This document shows positions 16,537 through 25,239 of a stretch of 64,000 nucleotides of DNA, piece by piece. This stretch comes from a virus. The stretch lies in the IMG/VR virus record IMGVR_UViG_3300011977_000001. One strand, 5' to 3'. The position numbers were made by a program, and so were the translations under genes. Under the pieces are notes generated by a model. It saw only the letters and a program-made list of their open reading frames with translations. It searched no databases and was not told the origin of the DNA. Position 1 is the stretch's first letter; each line of letters starts with the position of its first letter.

Positions 16537-16929
16537 ATGTTCTGGGATAATTTTGTAAAGGCTTGCAGCGTGAAAGGTCTAACGCCCACCGGCGCTATGA
16601 AAAAAATGGGGGTTTCTACTGGAAACATCCATCGCTGGCAGAATAGTTCTGGGCCGTCTGCTGAGCTTCTTATGACTGTATCGGAGTACCTCGGTGTCTC
16701 GATCGATTATCTCTTGACCGGAAAAGCATACAATCAGAATGACGAGAGAGTAATCAGGACCGATGCAGAATATACCATGATCACTCTTTTCCGCAAACTG
16801 CCGCACCAGCTTCAGAGTAATGCTGTCGTTTATCTGCGTGGTCTGTCAGATGCGTACCTCGCAACCAAATCAGAGGGAACACAGTCGCAGACACAAAAAT
16901 CATCCGATTCAGAGCAAGGGATAGCTTAA
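16537..16929 (+). CDS. CI-like XRE-family repressor
   Basis: Start moved to ATG 16537 (GGGAGGG RBS); GLTPTGAMKKMGVSTGNIHRWQN HTH; directly upstream of the integrase. Confidence 0.7.
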   Translation: MFWDNFVKACSVKGLTPTGAMKKMGVSTGNIHRWQNSSGPSAELLMTVSEYLGVSIDYLLTGKAYNQNDERVIRTDAEYTMITLFRKLPHQLQSNAVVYLRGLSDAYLATKSEGTQSQTQKSSDSEQGIA

Positions 16930-16930
16930 A

Positions 16931-18655
16931 ATGCAGCCATCAAATGCTAAGGTCGCAATCTACTGCCGAGTCTCCACGCTCCACCAAGTTGATAAAGATT
17001 CCCTTCCGATGCAGAGAAAAGACCTGACCGCTTATGCACAACTCATCCTGCATACCACGGATTATACCATCTTCGAAGATGCTGGCTATTCTGGGAAGAA
17101 TACCGAGCGGCCCGAGTTTCAGCGGATGATGCGAATGATCAGAGCTGGAGCATTTACACACCTGCTGGTCTGGAAAATTGATCGTATCTCCCGTAATTTG
17201 CTGGACTTTGCAACCATGTATGCCGAGCTGAAGAAACTGGGAGTCACGTTTGTTTCTCGAAATGAGCAGTTCGACACTTCAACCGCCATGGGAGAAGCAA
17301 TGCTCAAAATTATCCTGGTCTTCGCTGAGCTTGAAAGAAATATGACCAGTGAGCGAGTCACGGCCACAATGATTTCCAGGGCAAACGCTGGCAAATGGAA
17401 TGGAGGCCGCATTCCATTCGGTTATGATTATGACTTCGAAACCATGCAGTTCTCGATCAATGATCAGGAAGCAGAGCTGGTCAGGCGGATTCACGATGAT
17501 TACGAGCGGAAGAAATCTCTTCTTATCGTTGCCAGGCAGCTCAACCATGAAGGATACACAACCAGGGCTGGCGGACTTTGGAATCCGGTATCTCTTCGAA
17601 TTATTCTTGTAAATAAGTTCTATGTTGGGGATTATGTCTACAACAGGCTGAAGGGAGGAACCGGTAACAGGGCTGATCAGAAAGATGAATCTGAGTGGGT
17701 AACAATTCCTGACCATCACTCGGCGATCATATCCAGGGACCAGAAGGAGAGGATTATCACGCTGTTGCACCAGAACAATCGATTTGACGTACAGAGAAGG
17801 AAGTCCAATGTACACGGAACTGTGCATATCTTCGCTGGCCTGCTCTTCTGCGGAAATTGCGGAGAAATGTTCCTGGCTCATTCTTCAACGCCCAGGAAAG
17901 CCGGCTACCGGTACTCAAATTACAGCTGTCCCATGAAGCGCAAGTCAACAGACGTTTGCAATTCCAGAGGGACCAGTGACCCAGTTGTGGGAGATGTCGT
18001 GATCAATTATATTCTGAATATGCTTAACGCACAGAAGAGGATTTCAACCATAACTTCCACGCAACAGCTAGAGCGGATCCTTCTGCGAGGCGATACATTC
18101 TCCTACATCGATCACATAGCCCCTGCCGGCCTGGAAGACCTGTTCTCTGTATTGCAATCAGGGGAAATATCAGAAGACGTTTACGGGGCCAAATTGAAGC
18201 TCACACCATCATCGGCCAAAACATCTGAAATTACAAAACTGAGGAGAGAGATCGACAAGATCAGGAAATCACTCGACCGTCTAAGGAATCTCTATCTTAT
18301 AGACGAGACAATGAGTGAGAAAAACTTCATCCTCGAAAAGCAGAAATACACAGATAAGATGTCTTCGCTGCAAGCTCAGTTAGACGCTCTGAGTGATGAT
18401 CATTCGGTCCCAGGGGTGAGTGATGAAGAGTTTTTGGAAAAGGCTTCGCAATTCATTTTGTCTCAGCAGCTGGCGAATCGAAATTATATCAGTTTTAACC
18501 GCCTGCTGCTCGAACTCGATCATTCGGTCCTAAGAAACTTCTTTCTGTCAGTGATTGACCGAATCACCATCACGAACGGAAAAGTATCTAACATCACTTT
18601 CCGGAACGGCCTATCACATTCCTTCATACTCAAAGAGTCAGAGATGACGAAATGA
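16931..18655 (+). CDS. large serine recombinase (phage integrase)
   Basis: VAIYCRVSTLHQ catalytic Ser region, resolvase domain, recombinase domain, Cys-rich zinc ribbon (CGNCG..C..C), C-terminal coiled coil; 574 aa. Confidence 0.9.
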   Translation: MQPSNAKVAIYCRVSTLHQVDKDSLPMQRKDLTAYAQLILHTTDYTIFEDAGYSGKNTERPEFQRMMRMIRAGAFTHLLVWKIDRISRNLLDFATMYAELKKLGVTFVSRNEQFDTSTAMGEAMLKIILVFAELERNMTSERVTATMISRANAGKWNGGRIPFGYDYDFETMQFSINDQEAELVRRIHDDYERKKSLLIVARQLNHEGYTTRAGGLWNPVSLRIILVNKFYVGDYVYNRLKGGTGNRADQKDESEWVTIPDHHSAIISRDQKERIITLLHQNNRFDVQRRKSNVHGTVHIFAGLLFCGNCGEMFLAHSSTPRKAGYRYSNYSCPMKRKSTDVCNSRGTSDPVVGDVVINYILNMLNAQKRISTITSTQQLERILLRGDTFSYIDHIAPAGLEDLFSVLQSGEISEDVYGAKLKLTPSSAKTSEITKLRREIDKIRKSLDRLRNLYLIDETMSEKNFILEKQKYTDKMSSLQAQLDALSDDHSVPGVSDEEFLEKASQFILSQQLANRNYISFNRLLLELDHSVLRNFFLSVIDRITITNGKVSNITFRNGLSHSFILKESEMTK

Positions 18656-18688
18656 AAATTCTGCATAATCAATTTAAGCACAACAAAA

Positions 18689-18713
18689 GGCACCAACCAT
18701 GACAGTCGGTGCC
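18689..18713 (+). terminator. hairpin downstream of integrase (possible terminator, no U-tract)
   Basis: GGCACCAAC/GTCGGTGCC stem (one mismatch), 7-nt loop, 34 nt after the int stop. Confidence 0.35.
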
Positions 18714-19049
18714 TGGGGTTGTCAGTAAAGTCATCACAAGGGGATGTGAAGCACACTTTCGTGTACCGGATTGAGAGGATCCCCGTGATCAGACTCCCTG
18801 ATTGATGATTCGGCTTTGGGAGCAGCCATCCGCACCCTGTCCGGTTCTGGGAGACAGGAGCTTATCTCATCCTGCATTAAGATACCGCACATTCGTGCGT
18901 TTTGCAAGTGTTTCACGCACAGTTATGAAATCGGCATAATACAGCAGTCGTTAGTAGTCAAAATGGTAGTAAGGGGCGGGTGTGTTACTACCGATGCTGA
19001 TAGCCGTCCTGAAATCAGCCGAAAATATCGTCAAAGATTAGACAATGCC

Positions 19050-19077
19050 TTGACAGTGGGCCTTTCTTTGCTATAAT
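19050..19077 (+). promoter_or_regulatory. consensus sigma-70 type promoter
   Basis: TTGACA (19050-19055), 16-nt spacer ending in TG, TATAAT (19072-19077). Confidence 0.65.
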
Positions 19078-19083
19078 AAGAAC

Positions 19084-19148
19084 ACAAGAACTCATCTAAC
19101 ATGTTTAGAAGGAGAATCCGGTTTTCGCATAGCGATTACCGGTTTTTT
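19084..19148 (+). ncRNA. candidate ~65-nt small RNA (promoter-to-terminator unit)
   Basis: Starts ~7 nt after the TATAAT; ends at hairpin CCGGTTTTCGC-ATA-GCGATTACCGG (19118-19142) followed by TTTTTT; no RBS-preceded ORF. Confidence 0.4.
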
Positions 19149-19210
19149 ATTGCTTCTTTTGCGAATGCACATATGCATTATAGTCATTATCATAATCACG
19201 TTTAGCACTT

Positions 19211-19384
19211 CTAAAGAACACTGGAAATGCGGTTGGAGTCAAGTGGAAATGCACATGATTTGGTTTCCGTATCGATTACCAAAAGGTTATGATATTCATC
19301 GATTTCGATAATCGGATATTCTACTCTATAGACAGCTTTCAACTCATCTTTATATACAAGTCTTTTACTGATTGGCTCATGCAT
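19211..19384 (-). CDS. small hypothetical protein (57 aa)
   Basis: Not in ORF track; ATG 19384 after AAGGAAGTGAG RBS: MHEPISKRLVYKDELKAVYRVEYPIIEIDEY.. Confidence 0.4.
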   Translation of the reverse strand: MHEPISKRLVYKDELKAVYRVEYPIIEIDEYHNLLVIDTETKSCAFPLDSNRISSVL

Positions 19385-19442
19385 ATTTACTCACTTCCTT
19401 TCTCGAAATGCTGATACAAATCTTCCTTTAGTACAATATTTT

Positions 19443-19631
19443 TCATTTCGTAATTATGTGATCGAAAATATTGGAATGTACCATGTTCGCAATTTTCTTT
19501 TGGCAGTCAATGCATAAATCAAATGTACGCTCCGAATCATAAGCAGGTCTTGCTTCTGAAATCCATATCCATTGGACATCATTTATACTCAATTCTTTTC
19601 CGCATATATCACACTTTTTTACACTGCTCAT
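19443..19631 (-). CDS. small zinc-ribbon protein
   Basis: CDICGK...CIDCQK pairs; AAAGGAGGAA RBS. Confidence 0.6.
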   Translation of the reverse strand: MSSVKKCDICGKELSINDVQWIWISEARPAYDSERTFDLCIDCQKKIANMVHSNIFDHIITK

Positions 19632-19649
19632 GTTGTTCCTCCTTTATCG

Positions 19650-19805
19650 TCACGAAAAATTATCCGAATCCCCTTTATACCATCCTCTTGAACATGATTT
19701 ACACTCAATCGGCTCTTCTCTTTCGTAATATTTACACCCATAGCATGGAGATTCTTTTAATTCTTCTAAAAAGTCCTCATAATCAGTGCATTTACCTTCT
19801 CCCAT
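19650..19805 (-). CDS. small Cys-rich protein (51 aa)
   Basis: Not in ORF track; ATG 19805 after AAAGAGG: MGEGKCTDYEDFLEELKESPCYGCKYYEREEPIECKSCSRGW.. Confidence 0.4.
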   Translation of the reverse strand: MGEGKCTDYEDFLEELKESPCYGCKYYEREEPIECKSCSRGWYKGDSDNFS

Positions 19806-19828
19806 AAGAATTACCTCTTTATCTTCCC

Positions 19829-20035
19829 TTATTGATGATCATCTATCATACGCTGGCGAATCGCTTCCAGGATATAAGCGTTGACGCTTTCACCGGCAGC
19901 AGCCGCAGCTTCTTTCAATTTTTCCCGATCACCCTTATGTAAGGTGACATTTATTCGATCATATGCCTTTTTCAAATATTTATTCGTTGCCCTCTGCTGG
20001 GCTTTGCTGACTTTCGGCTTGGTCTGTTCTTCCAT
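19829..20035 (-). CDS. ribbon-helix-helix (Arc/CopG-like) regulator
   Basis: Start moved to MEEQTKPK (ATG 20035, TAGGAGT RBS); YDRINVTLHKGDREKLKEAAAAAGESVNAYILEAIRQRM is a typical RHH beta-strand plus two helices. Confidence 0.7.
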   Translation of the reverse strand: MEEQTKPKVSKAQQRATNKYLKKAYDRINVTLHKGDREKLKEAAAAAGESVNAYILEAIRQRMIDDHQ

Positions 20036-20105
20036 GGTCAAACTCCTATTCTGCAATCTGAAACGCATAATTTCTTTTTCGTTTATTCTACATCAAACAT
20101 ATACT

Positions 20106-20195
20106 TACATCAATATAAAAATGCACAAATCCTAAAATATATTGATGCAAATATAGTAGAGACTGTGTATAGATATAGTGATGCAAGTATAGTAG
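20106..20195. promoter_or_regulatory. operator-like repeats in the divergent RHH / 20255 intergenic region
   Basis: Inverted repeat TACATCAATATA (20106-20117) / TATATTGATGCA (20138-20149), 11 of 12; direct repeat TGATGCAA[A/G]TATAGTAG at 20143-20159 and 20179-20195. Confidence 0.5.
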
Positions 20196-20254
20196 TATAT
20201 AGATGAAGCCAGGAGGCGAGTGCCTCACATAATACGAGGGAAGGAGAAATAGCT

Positions 20255-20590
20255 ATGAAGAGATACGATCTGTCAGCGATCATGACCAGAGCTTGGGAAA
20301 ATTTCAGAAAGAATAAGAATATTGCTTTCGGTGAAGCTCTTCATCGTGCCTGGATGTCCGCTAAGGCTCGTCCGATCAATGCGGAGCGTATTGAAACAGC
20401 TAAGCGGGCAGCTGGAATCACCGAGGAGACTCACACCTGGTCCGACTGGAAGAAAGCTGGATTTGAGGTTATGCATGGCAGCAAAGCCCTCTTCGGATGT
20501 GATCTGATATATGGAAGTAAGGGTGACGGAGCTATCTACAAAGCTCGTTTCTTCGGTGCCTCTCAGGTGAGACCGTTGGAAGCAGCCTGA
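20255..20590 (+). CDS. hypothetical protein (weak resemblance to ArdC-N/DUF1738-type ssDNA-binding domains)
   Basis: AAGGAGAA RBS; THTWSDWKKAGFEVMHGSKALF resembles the W..W...G..V.KG.K signature, but this is weak. Confidence 0.55.
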   Translation: MKRYDLSAIMTRAWENFRKNKNIAFGEALHRAWMSAKARPINAERIETAKRAAGITEETHTWSDWKKAGFEVMHGSKALFGCDLIYGSKGDGAIYKARFFGASQVRPLEAA

Positions 20591-20726
20591 TTCCCTGGAT
20601 TCAAACGGTTGATGGAAAACCGCTCTTCAGCGCTTTGAGCAATCGGACCTGACTTATTGAATAATGCCGGTCGGGTACAGTAAGCTGTAAGAAAATGCTC
20701 GGAATGCTGAGGAGGGTATTCTGCCT

Positions 20727-20903
20727 ATGTTATTTCGCTTCCTGATATTTTTATTATTGATGGTTCTCTCTCTGTTTCACTGGTTCGGTGTCTACCTGGT
20801 TGCCAGGTTCTGGCGTAGAGGAAAAGACTGCGATAAGGCAATAATGGTTGGACTATTCAGCGACTGGATAATCCTGCTCATTATTGCCTATTTTGTTCTC
20901 TGA
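20727..20903 (+). CDS. small membrane protein (58 aa)
   Basis: Not in ORF track; GAGGAGGG RBS, MLFRFLIFLLLMVLSLFHWFGVYLVARFW..., two hydrophobic segments. Confidence 0.5.
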   Translation: MLFRFLIFLLLMVLSLFHWFGVYLVARFWRRGKDCDKAIMVGLFSDWIILLIIAYFVL

Positions 20904-20915
20904 TTGGAGGAATGA

Positions 20916-21248
20916 ATGGAGTTTGTAGTCACTCATGCGAATTTCAAAGACCAGGTGGTTAAATCAAAAATCCCGGTCCTCTTGTTATTCTATCTCGATG
21001 GGGAAGATGCCAGTAAAGAAGAACGAGTCGAGTTATCCAGGTATGTGCTCGGACGAGATGATATTGCAGCTGGGTGTGTATGCAGTAATAATCAAAATTT
21101 TCTTACCAGGCTTTTCCAAATCAAAGAAACTCCGACAATCATAGTGGTTTATCGAGGAACGGCCGTTGATGGTATTCGAGGACCAGCAGGGCGGAGAGAA
21201 ATAGACGATCTGGTAAAGAAAATAAAAAAACGCTATCAGATACACTGA
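20916..21248 (+). CDS. thioredoxin-fold protein lacking the CxxC motif
   Basis: NFKDQVVKSKIPVLLLFY...IKETPTIIVVYRGTAVDGIRG layout of thioredoxin-like proteins; no active-site CxxC. Confidence 0.5.
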   Translation: MEFVVTHANFKDQVVKSKIPVLLLFYLDGEDASKEERVELSRYVLGRDDIAAGCVCSNNQNFLTRLFQIKETPTIIVVYRGTAVDGIRGPAGRREIDDLVKKIKKRYQIH

Positions 21249-21607
21249 AGTTGTGTGTTATAGTAACCGTGCCCCCCTTGCTTACAATAGTAAGAAGTGC
21301 ATTACCTTTTGTCTCATGGGGGATGCAATGTTTATTTTTTGAATCAAAATCTTACTTTTGTAATATGGATTGACTGCTAATAGCCATGTGTTCACACATG
21401 GCGCGCTGCTCAGATATGCTGCCTCTTCGTGGCGAACAGCAGGCAACGAGATCCTGTCAAAGAGATATGTATCCATCGTGATAGCAACACCGTAGAAGTC
21501 AGTATTGTGGAACGCATCGCTCCGCTAATGTATTAGTAAAATAGGGTCCGTGTATGGGTCAGTAACTTTTATCGCATCAATAAAGGAAGAAAAGAAGGAG
21601 ATGGAAA

Positions 21608-21784
21608 GTGACTTTATTATTTTCACAGAGGAAACATCTCGCTGATGAGTGTGAAAAATGGGAAGAGCAGAATAACCTTGGTAACTGTGTCTTGAATACA
21701 ATAGCGTTTCTATCCAAAGAAGGACTTCTTGATGAAGAAAAGATAAAAGAGATGTTTCCTTTGAAGATCAATTTACACCAGTAG
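21608..21784 (+). CDS. possible small protein (58 aa, GTG start)
   Basis: AAGGAG 7 nt upstream of GTG 21608; more protein-like than the antisense ORF 21577..21771. Confidence 0.3.
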   Translation: MTLLFSQRKHLADECEKWEEQNNLGNCVLNTIAFLSKEGLLDEEKIKEMFPLKINLHQ

Positions 21785-21811
21785 GTGACACAGATTTACT
21801 TCACTAAAGGA

Positions 21812-21842
21812 ATAAAAAGAGCGGTCCACGCTTGGCCGCTCT
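21812..21842 (-). terminator. rho-independent terminator after the HU gene
   Basis: AGAGCGG/CCGCTCT stem, followed on the minus strand by TTTTATT. Confidence 0.6.
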
Positions 21843-21898
21843 GATTTCATGTTTAGTCAAAAAATACAGGGTTTAGTCGAAGATTTAGTCAAAGGCAA

Positions 21899-22171
21899 TC
21901 ACTTGATCATATTGTTCAGGTCCTTAGATGCCTTGAACTTGACATTCTTAGAGGCAGCGATCTCGATCGGCTCACCGGTCTGTGGGTTGCGGCCAGTACG
22001 TCCCTTTCTGCTGGATACAGAGAAAGTGCCAAATCCTACCAGCTTCACAGTTCCACCGTTCTGAAGATTCTCTCTGACTGTTGTGATAAAAGCGTTCACC
22101 ATCTTGTCTGTTTCTGCCTTTGTAGCTCCGGTTTTCTCTGCCATCTTAGCTACAAGCTCTGCTTTTGTCAT
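21899..22171 (-). CDS. hup: HU-family DNA-binding protein
   Basis: Start moved to MTKAELVAKMAEKTG (ATG 22171, AAGGAGA RBS); ..GFGTFSVSSRKGRTGRNPQTGEPIEI.. canonical HU/IHF arm. Confidence 0.9.
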   Translation of the reverse strand: MTKAELVAKMAEKTGATKAETDKMVNAFITTVRENLQNGGTVKLVGFGTFSVSSRKGRTGRNPQTGEPIEIAASKNVKFKASKDLNNMIK

Positions 22172-22241
22172 ACTGATTTTTCTCCTTTTCTTTTTAAATG
22201 CAATTTGTTCATAGTTTTTTCTATCGAAAACTAGCATTTCT

Positions 22242-22682
22242 TCAAGATTTTATTTTCACCATCAGGTCTTTGCCGGCCTTAATGTAATGCTGCTCTCGAT
22301 TTTTATCAACCCTAGTAAGAATTTCTTCCCGCTGCTCTGAATGAGATTCAAACCAGAATGTGACTTTTCTAGGGGACCATCCATCTTCTACCAGGTCATA
22401 GCTCCTGGCCAGCTTATAAAAGATAATTTCTTCGAGAAGCTGAGGCAGCTTTGAAAGTTCTTCACGAAATTCTTCTATGCTCATCTTCCCTTTGTACGTT
22501 CCGCATAGTGGGCATACCGGAAGCATGTTTTCAAGTGCATCGTCAGCGTCATTGCAAAGAGTCAGGTGATCGATCTGCATTTCATCAGGTTTGATCGAAT
22601 GTCCGCAATATGCGCAGCGTCCTCCGTACATCTTATAGACGATCTTCCTGGCGTTTTCAGGAATTTGATTATCCACCATCAA
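22242..22682 (-). CDS. HNH endonuclease
   Basis: CAYCGHSI...IDHL...N..PVCPLCGTYKG HNH/zinc pattern. Confidence 0.75.
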   Translation of the reverse strand: MMVDNQIPENARKIVYKMYGGRCAYCGHSIKPDEMQIDHLTLCNDADDALENMLPVCPLCGTYKGKMSIEEFREELSKLPQLLEEIIFYKLARSYDLVEDGWSPRKVTFWFESHSEQREEILTRVDKNREQHYIKAGKDLMVKIKS

Positions 22683-22883
22683 TCACCTCTTTTTATGCTT
22701 GCTGTTCTTCTCACTTCTCTTCGTGACGTAGTTCAAATACACACGATCACTGCTTGCTGCTTTGAAAATCTTCGTCTTTTCATCTCTTGCTTCTTCAACG
22801 TCTCTTTTATATTTCTCGCAGGTGCTGTGACATCCTACTTTTCTGTCTTTGCACTCACGGCAGCTAAAAAAAGGTTTGCCCAT
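22683..22883 (-). CDS. small Cys-rich basic protein
   Basis: CRECKDRKVGCHSTCEKY; 66 aa. Confidence 0.55.
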   Translation of the reverse strand: MGKPFFSCRECKDRKVGCHSTCEKYKRDVEEARDEKTKIFKAASSDRVYLNYVTKRSEKNSKHKKR

Positions 22884-23008
22884 GATAAATCGCTTCCCTT
22901 ATATCTGGATTTATTACATGTTCAGAATAAAGGTTACAGCAGGGACTTCTATCATAGCAATAGCCCCGGTCACAACGAGTACAGCCAGAGCTATTTTCAG
23001 GAAGAGCT

Positions 23009-23956
23009 TCACGATCTCACCTCCCAGGGAAATTCTTGCCTGAAGTCATCAGCCATCAGTGTCGCCAGGCTTTCCTTCATAAAAACTTTTGCTTTATTCC
23101 GGTCAGCGTTTTGAGTAATATGATCAACCCATTGCCGCTCTGGGATTATTTTCCCTGGCCGTTTTCCGGTCTCAGCTCCAATAATGTACCATTCAATATT
23201 CGACTGATAATTCAGCTTCATAATATCGCATAGCAGCGGCTCAAAGCTGATAAACCGGTGTCTTCCTTCCAGGTCAGGAAATACATTGCCTCCCGGCACT
23301 GTATTCCAGGTATACTGTGTTTCAGGATGAAGAAGATCCTCCGTCTGCTGATCATAGCCATCAATATCCGGTACGATAACTCGTCCGTGATTGTGCCACC
23401 TATCTGTCTCCCAGGTTGCTCCATACCAGAAATTGTCGTCATCTGGAAGCAAGTCGGATGACAGGAGTTTTATGTATCTCTTTGGGTTTTTGGTTAGAAA
23501 TAGATAGCGATGCTGCGGCGCTCTCCTGGCAGCAGAAAACACATGCCAAATCCACTCTGCCGGCACCCAGTCTCCAAACAAATCAGCCATCGAGCACACA
23601 AATATATTCTTCGGTGTTTTCCAGTGCTGTGGCTCTTCCAGTTTGTCATATCTGAATGTTGGAGCAAACCCGAACGGATACGGTGCAACGGATATTTCCG
23701 TCTTTTGAGTCTTATTGTTAAATCTCACATTGATCGGAGGACGATCTTTGCCGACTTCAAACATCGGTGCATTCACCATGTACGGGTTGATTCTACGCCA
23801 CTCCCTGCTGGTTCCGTATCCGTATGTGCTGCCCGTATCACAGCCTGCAAACCGTTCTGCAATCTTCTTCGCATAACAATAAGCACAGCCATGAAGGCAG
23901 CCCGTGACGGGGTTCCAGGAAGCGTCAGCCCAGTCAATCTTTGTCTTTCTTCCCAT
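23009..23956 (-). CDS. phage Gp37/Gp68 family protein (DUF5131)
   Basis: KIDWADASWNPVTGCLHGCAYCYA N-terminal signature of the family. Confidence 0.8.
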   Translation of the reverse strand: MGRKTKIDWADASWNPVTGCLHGCAYCYAKKIAERFAGCDTGSTYGYGTSREWRRINPYMVNAPMFEVGKDRPPINVRFNNKTQKTEISVAPYPFGFAPTFRYDKLEEPQHWKTPKNIFVCSMADLFGDWVPAEWIWHVFSAARRAPQHRYLFLTKNPKRYIKLLSSDLLPDDDNFWYGATWETDRWHNHGRVIVPDIDGYDQQTEDLLHPETQYTWNTVPGGNVFPDLEGRHRFISFEPLLCDIMKLNYQSNIEWYIIGAETGKRPGKIIPERQWVDHITQNADRNKAKVFMKESLATLMADDFRQEFPWEVRS

Positions 23957-24122
23957 ATTCTTTATCCGACCACTCTCTCCAAAGGAGCAATTCTGTAAGC
24001 CAGGCAGCTAACCGTGTATATTTGTCAGCTGTTTTTCTTCTGCCATGACGATCGCTGAACATCGCTTTCCTGATGCAGTGTTTGATCTCCTGCTTCAAAG
24101 ATTTCGTACCGTATCGGTTCAT
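23934..24122 (-). CDS. hypothetical protein
   Basis: 62-aa ORF in operon register; no motif. Confidence 0.45.
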   Translation of the reverse strand: MNRYGTKSLKQEIKHCIRKAMFSDRHGRRKTADKYTRLAAWLTELLLWREWSDKEYGKKDKD

Positions 24123-24694
24123 TATCCCGTCTCCCTCCTGCTTCTACTTTCTTCTTGCACCATCGCCCGAAGCTCTGGTGCAATCTGCGAAATGAAAATA
24201 TCCACGATCTTTTTCTCATCACTGGTGTAATCATCAATAACCAGGTCCCACGCTTCATCAATTTCCAATCCGTATGTATAATTCCGGTCTTCCAGGAGAT
24301 ATGATGCCAGGTCGATACTGTGTGTACAGTTATATTCTTCGAAAGTTGCTTTCAAACCATCGATTGCTGCATTTCGTTTCTTCCTGGGGAGCTCCATATC
24401 AGAAAGATAGTCTTTGACGTTCTCAATCGTTGCTTTTATATCGACCACAGACTTTCTAAACATTTTTTTGGTAAGATAATCAGCATGAAGTGTCGAACAG
24501 AACTCAACAAATGACTCAGAACTGTTTTCTGGCCATCCAAATGCTGCCGAACCGCAATCGCTCTGGATATTCAAAAGCCAGTGGTCTAAGTCAAAGTCAA
24601 AGTATGCCCAGAGGCATCTTCCTCTATGCCTATCGCCAGGGTCTGGCCTGTACTCGATTCTAAGGATCCTGGGGTTTTCCCTGTTTACCATCAA
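24122..24694 (-). CDS. hypothetical protein
   Basis: 190-aa ORF, protein-like composition. Confidence 0.6.
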   Translation of the reverse strand: MMVNRENPRILRIEYRPDPGDRHRGRCLWAYFDFDLDHWLLNIQSDCGSAAFGWPENSSESFVEFCSTLHADYLTKKMFRKSVVDIKATIENVKDYLSDMELPRKKRNAAIDGLKATFEEYNCTHSIDLASYLLEDRNYTYGLEIDEAWDLVIDDYTSDEKKIVDIFISQIAPELRAMVQEESRSRRETG

Positions 24695-24734
24695 ACCGCC
24701 TCCTTTTTGTTGCTCATCATCTGGTTTCCACTTA

Positions 24735-25043
24735 CTAACCTGTTTCTACCGGTGATTCAAGCGGCGAAATTTCAATTTCTTTCTTGCCCTGGACCAGGAT
24801 ATAGCGTCTAGCTGTATCCGTATCCACGATCACTGTGTATTTACAGCCATCAATGTATCCGCTGCTCACTACCTGCATTACGCCTATATTCTGTGATTCG
24901 TCCTGCTTTGTTTTTGAGTATTCGTATTTCAAGCCAAGTACAAGCATAAGTGGAAGCACAATATACGAAATAAACAATATTATCCAAATGGAGTATTGGA
25001 AAATATTACTCAGAGTCTTCGAGATCTTCCTCTTCAATGTCAT
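24735..25043 (-). CDS. membrane-anchored hypothetical protein (start uncertain)
   Basis: Hydrophobic segment IWIILFISYIVLPLMLVLGL; upstream part of listed ORF is the alternate frame of 25006..25239; ATG 25043 or TTG 25037 after GGAGG. Confidence 0.5.
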   Translation of the reverse strand: MTLKRKISKTLSNIFQYSIWIILFISYIVLPLMLVLGLKYEYSKTKQDESQNIGVMQVVSSGYIDGCKYTVIVDTDTARRYILVQGKKEIEISPLESPVETG

Positions 25044-25239
25044 CCTCCGAAAGCTCTTCAGCAAAGTCCTCGTCATCATCATCTGGTTCTTCCGGATCAA
25101 TCTGGCCGCCTGTCTCCATGCAGTTGATGAAATTCTCATATTCCAGAAATCCGTCCTGCGAGCTCTTTACCGCTCCGCTGCTTGCCAGGGCCACTACAAA
25201 ATCCCTAGCGAACTGCTCCACGTCAATTCTATCCATCAC
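25006..25239 (-). CDS. hypothetical protein with poly-acidic C-terminal tail
   Basis: ..IDPEEPDDDDEDFAEELSEDDIEEEDLEDSE. Confidence 0.55.
   Translation of the reverse strand: MMDRIDVEQFARDFVVALASSGAVKSSQDGFLEYENFINCMETGGQIDPEEPDDDDEDFAEELSEDDIEEEDLEDSE

Noticed and set aside
18734-19076. Listed ORFs 18734..18916 (-), 18520..18756 (-) and 18816..19076 (+) as genes downstream of the integrase
   Set aside because: No RBS and unprotein-like composition. The region is better explained as non-coding (attP or structured RNA); see finding.
19101-19202. 33-codon plus-strand ORF (MFRRRIRFSHSDYRFFIASF..) starting inside the candidate sRNA
   Set aside because: No Shine-Dalgarno sequence upstream. It runs through the terminator hairpin, and its composition is not peptide-toxin-like.
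21577-21771. Minus-strand ORF 21577..21771 and ORF 21282..21476
   Set aside because: Ser/Phe/Leu-rich low-complexity translations and no RBS. The plus-strand GTG ORF 21608..21784 with an AAGGAG RBS is more plausible, though still weak.
22886-22984. 32-codon GTG-initiated hydrophobic ORF overlapping the stop of the DUF5131 gene
   Set aside because: Plausible as a tiny membrane peptide, but too short to support without conservation data.
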